Source of the DNA: Macrostomum hystrix
Lineage: Eukaryota; Animalia; Platyhelminthes
NCBI GenBank assembly: GCA_950097015.1
Contig: CATNEN010000039.1
Span: forward strand, 11,966,001 to 12,030,000
Direction of reading: 5' to 3'
Length of the DNA stretch: 64,000 nucleotides
Part shown: positions 59,429 to 64,000 of the stretch, piece by piece
Numbering within the stretch: position 1 is the first letter of the stretch
Layout of the letters: each line of letters starts with the position of its first letter
The notes under the pieces: model-generated
Told to the model about the DNA's origin: nothing
What the model saw: the letters and a program-made list of their open reading frames with translations, nothing else
Database searches by the model: none
Made by a program: the position numbers and the translations under genes

Positions 59429-60407
59429 TTTGAAAATGGTATAATTTACTCGTTGAAAATTGACAAAAATTGTTAGGTGACACGGGAGAGATAGGATACA
59501 GGAAAGATAAGAGAGTACATATAAGACAGGAATGGGATTTAGAAGCTTGCGGACTGCAGGTTGACGACCCCAGATCTACTTTGCAAGAAAGTATTGCCTT
59601 GCTTTCCTTATTTAGTAATTTAATAGACTTTGAATCTCGTAATTAACTCTGCTAATAATTTCATGAAGTTAATATTTTTTCGCCATGCTGTCAAAGCAGA
59701 TTTTTTAGAATTTTGATTTTGTTTCCTATTTATTTTTCTAAAGCTAATCTCGATTCGGAAACAGTTTCGCACTCATTCATCTATTTTTACGCTTGCTAGA
59801 AATTTCTGAGCTTTTGCAATTTTAATAAACAAAAAAATGTAATCTGGCCATTATAATTCGTCTAAAATTGCATTACACCACTCGTAAAAACGGACAATGT
59901 CTTTTTATAAATTTTGTTTCAATTATTTGCGGCAAGATTCGATAATTTCGGGGTGGGATTTACACCTGAGATTTCTACTTGAAAATCAACAGAGACGAAG
60001 TCCCGTAATCCCAATAGTATTTTATTTGTACGAGTTCAGAACTATGGGAACGGTTTTCAAATGCGATAACGAAAAATGTTTAAAAACTGAGCTTTAAAAA
60101 CTCACCCTACTTTATTTCATTCCTATCATCACAATATACTATCGTTTGCATCATTCCACTCCATTCCGTTTAGGAACCTGGGCCTGATCTATGCGTAGAT
60201 ATGCCTGATCAATCATTCAATTGAGCATAAGCATAGGCTGAGTTGACTTGCATCCCATCTGTATTATATTTTTATTGCCATCACCCAACTGGACAGTGGG
60301 ATGTGGTCATTGAAAATAAACTCAGTTAATAATTGCTTCCTCACGGTAAAATATATACCCATGTTTCTGGCTAACGAAACCGCTTGGGAAGCACTAACGA
60401 ACAAATC

Positions 60408-63400
60408 ATGAACAGCCGTTCCTCTGTCTATGTGCCACTGCTGAAGCAGTTCTGTGGCTACACGACTGCTCACGGACTGGGCAGATTCTCTGAGCAGTCC
60501 AACCTCATCGGCAGGCTGATCTGGGTCACCTTCCTGATGGGCACGTACAGCGGGTTCGCCTATCACGTGTACACCCTGTTCGACAGGTTCATCCAGGCTC
60601 CTGTGCTCACCACAATGACTGTGTCGACGCTGCCATTCCAATTCCCGGATGTGTACATCTGTCCTGCAACTTCAGTGACTATGAGTAGGGTCATTCGGCA
60701 ATTATCCTTCGCGGATATAGACTATGTCGAGTCTAGTCGCGGGAATACTATAGAAGAAAAGCTTCTTACCTACGCTTTCGATATCACTGATTACAAACAC
60801 CTCAGTTTATCGGTGAATGCGCCCACGAAGGCTCTGCTAAATGTCCTACAGAGCACAGAGGAATCACTAATGGCTGAATTTCAATTTCCACCTGATGGTG
60901 AGTAGGCAAAATCAGTCATTTTATACCCTTATAAGTTTTTGTACACTTACATGCAAATCACTCCATAAAACAGTCAGCAGAAGCGAGTGCCGCACCACAA
61001 TGTCAGGACAAGAGTACACAGGCAACGCGAGCTCCGCGTTCGTCTACGGATTCTCATCTTTGTCGGTCAAGTCTGTGAACACTTCCGCCTTCGTGCCCAG
61101 TCCCTACAGGGAGCGCAGGCGGTGCATGAGTTGGAACGATGCCGCAAGGATGCTGAATCAGTCGTCTGTCGCTGTCAGCCTGGCTCACCGGCTGCTGTCA
61201 CTCAACTTCTCCGACAGCGAGTCCAGGTGTCGCTCTCCGCCTGGACTGCCCCTGTCCGAATTCTTCACGATTGCCTCGCGTGAGTTTACAAATAAAATCA
61301 TCAGTAGCCAGTACTTTATAGGAGACATGTGTCACTTACGTGGGAATTGATTTCCATACATCCGTGTTGAAAGGGGTCTGTGGCAGAGCGGTTAAGGTGT
61401 TTGCCTCTCGCGCCAAGGTCCCTGAGCTTGATTCCGCGGCGAGGCCACATTTACTTGGGGCGTAGAGGCGAAGAGAAGGCTTTGGGGGGCATGTCGTGCA
61501 ATCGACGCCCTTGAGAGCCAACCTCCAAGGCACCCCCAAGTAAGAGTACACACTACATGACGATGAGAAAGCCAGGGGCAGATGAACACACCTGTGTGAG
61601 CGTACGCCCTGCGTACGGTATCTGTTTGTGCTCGGGAGTCAGCGAAATGGAGCTGAATTGGCTCCTCGCTGGCTGCGGGTCTAGGGTCACCAAATGATGT
61701 GCCATAGCCCGCAGCCCTCCTGCAGTTATTATGATTATTATCCGTGTTGAATCGTCTTGTGGCGTCTTGGATGTATCAGGGGCTCTCGGCCAGAATCGCA
61801 ATATGTGCTCGTGATTGGTTGTTGTGTTCATGTTGTTTTTATTGCTCATCCCAATACCAGCGCAGTTGTTAAAAACTCCCTTTAATTCTACGTACAGGTC
61901 CCATGTTCAAAAATGTTGGCTGCTTACCAAAGAAATTACTGCAGACTGATCGTTTCAACTTTACCTGCTTCAAAAATGGCCTCGGCAACCAAGAAGCCTG
62001 CGCGGAATGCTGTGACAAGCACAATTTCCTCTATTTAGGAATCAGTTATAGTGACTGCTATTGCGGCAGCAGTATCATCGGATTTGAGAACAGCTCAGAG
62101 ATCTGCGACAGCCTTTGTAAGAACGACGCGAAGAACTGCGGCTCCGAATCTGCTGTTACAGTTCTGCAGATAAGGGACACTGGTTCGTAATCTTCCTGTT
62201 TTCCTATCCGTAAAGTTCAATTGTAAAGTGCAAAGTGCAAAAGTGCGAAACCGTTTACTATATGTAACCTCATTTATCAAGGTATCAATATTTTAGTTTG
62301 CTGAAACAACCACTCGAAGGTCATAAAACAGTTTCTTACTCGTAGAAAAAGTTATGGAGGCTGGTTTTCGCCGAAAAGTGCACTATGGAGCTTAAAAAAC
62401 TCTCTTATTCTGTTAAAATTCAGTGACTGTGTTTGTTTCCATATTTAGACATTTATCGATTTTTTTCAAGCTATATTTTTTAAGCATCAAATTCATATTT
62501 TAATTTTTTCTGCATCAAGCTCCAGAAACAAAACAAAGCCACTCGAAAAACATATATATATTTAATTGTTGAAAAATGGAGGTTGTAGCCTAGTGTTTAG
62601 GGCATCGGACTCACGACCTGAAGGTCGGGGATTCGATTCCCGACTCCACTGAAACAATTTGTGTCCTTTAGCAAGACACTTAACTCTGCATTGCTTCAGT
62701 TCACCCAGCTGTTAAATGGGTACCAGCATTAGCTGGTATAATTGAAGGTGGATGTGGCGTCCCCCCAGTCCATGGACTGAACAGCTGTACGCAGGAAGCA
62801 GCCTTATTGCTGAGGAGCGGGAGTGCGTCTGGGCCGAACGGGCTCAGCGTCTCGACGCCAAATGGGCGGATGTCAGCGTACTTGGCAGCTGCTGCGGCGG
62901 CACGAGGGCCAACAGCAGAGGCGTGCAGGTGACTTGGGGCGCAGGTGCGAGTGACTTTCGCGTCCCAGGCCAACGGCAAACCCCAGCTCGAACGCCACCA
63001 CAGTGACGCCGTCGAACCGGCGGCAGTCGCTCCCTCCCAAGAAAGAAATTAGCATTTTGTTTTTTCTGTGGCGGATATTGTTTAAATATTTCGAGTTGTC
63101 TGCGTAGACGTTGTTTGTGTTATTATTAACGGACAAGTAAAAAATAGTCTCAAGAGTTGGGCAAATTAAATGAAAAAGAACAGCTTTGGATTTTTCGTAT
63201 ATTTTTTCTAAAAAGTTTCCCGTCCTTCCACTCCTAGTGGAAGGTCCTCGTTTCTTCGTCAGACAGAAATAACCAGCACGTGTGACTTTCTCATTACACA
63301 GACAGCCGGCCATTGCACATCGGAAACTTCAGCCAGTTGACAGCCTTTTCTAGTGGACCATACTGCTTCTTCACCGAGCAGGAGAGTGGCAGGCTCAGCG

Positions 63401-63914
63401 CTGCCTTCTGCAATATACCCTACTGTCGTGAGTAGTAGGCTAGTAGTTGTAGGCTAATAATTAAGATATCGCTGGTTTGTCTGTCTCAACTCCCTTCGCA
63501 CCATGCCCTCCCCCGACCGTGCATTCCGGCCTTTCCCCTTGCGTTTCAGTGGCAATAGATGGGCTTAGGGGCTGATGGTAGGGCTTCGAAGCCCTTACCC
63601 TACCCTGGGTTTTGAGTAGGTCCTTGTTCTAACAAGCAGGCGCTTATTTGATCTAGCAAGAATAAATTCTTGGTTCAAATCACATATTTTATTTTAATCA
63701 TTTTCTCTATAGTTCGCTTCAACAATAAACACAAATCATTCAGCGATTTCAAAGGACTACGATTGCATAGTGAGTTCGGAGGACAAGTCCACTGAGCAGT
63801 TGACACGGTCTCGCTACACCGGTCGGCACAATGTCACCAACACCGGTCGTCAGTGTATGCCTTGGAGTCGCGTGCGAAACATTCAGGCCGACATTGTCGC
63901 AAAGCACAGACATA
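60408..63914 (+). CDS. DEG/ENaC kringle(WSC)-kringle channel, paralogue 2; partial, continues beyond the window
   Basis: Exons 60408-60897, 60974-61279, 61898-62182, 63302-63427, 63744-63914; same intron positions and phases as paralogue 1. FCGYTTAHG, FPDVYICP, CRTTMSGQEYTG...CMSW...CRSP, WSC exon, GPYCFFT...FCNIPYC, YDCIVS...RYTGRHNVTNTGRQCMPW. Confidence 0.88.
61373..61740 (+). mobile_element. SINE family A in paralogue-2 intron 2
   Basis: GGGGTCTGTGGCAGAGCGG...GCTTGATTCC...GCCCGCAGCCCTCCTGCAGTTATT. Confidence 0.85.
62577..62740 (+). mobile_element. tRNA-derived SINE (family B) with CORE-like body
   Basis: tRNA-like head TAGCCTAGTG...GATTCGATTCC followed by TGTGTCCTTTAGCAAGACACTTAAC and CACCCAGCTGTTAAATGGGTACC; 3' boundary uncertain. 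Confidence 0.7.
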
Positions 63915-64000
63915 GTGAGTAAGCGTTAGAAAACTCGATACAGATAGTAAATGCGCCTATGAATCCAAAGGGCCTATGAGCGCCCGAGGCTATATGAAAA

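Noticed and set aside
62577-62650. tRNA-like sequence with a CAC anticodon-position triplet
   Set aside because: The acceptor stem is imperfect and it runs straight into a CORE-like SINE body, so it is called as a SINE head.

Overview
Eukaryotic (metazoan) genomic DNA: GC-rich spliceosomal genes separated by AT-rich spacers, about 20 minisatellite arrays and many transposon copies. The style suggests a free-living flatworm such as Macrostomum (inference, not proven). Genes, left to right: ERH (+), Frizzled-4-like (-, 2 exons), polycystin-2/PKD2 (+, 8 exons), EFCAB10-like (-, 3 exons), TXNDC11-like (+, 6 exons), intronless U1-C/SNRPC (+) and RPL22 (+). A nest follows, made of a DEG/ENaC exon-1 relic, an LTR remnant, an RTE-clade LINE and a truncated Ty3/Gypsy. 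After it come two tandem DEG/ENaC paralogues, one complete (13 exons, about 1213 aa) and one cut by the window end. The main observation is that both channels carry an extracellular cassette of phase-1 exons between TM1 and the usual cysteine-rich ectodomain. The cassette encodes kringle-1 N-half, a complete WSC domain nested inside that kringle, kringle-1 C-half, then kringle-2. This is a Kremen-like kringle/WSC module grafted onto an amiloride-sensitive-type channel. All gene models were assembled by eye from GT-AG sites and frame continuity; no database search was run.
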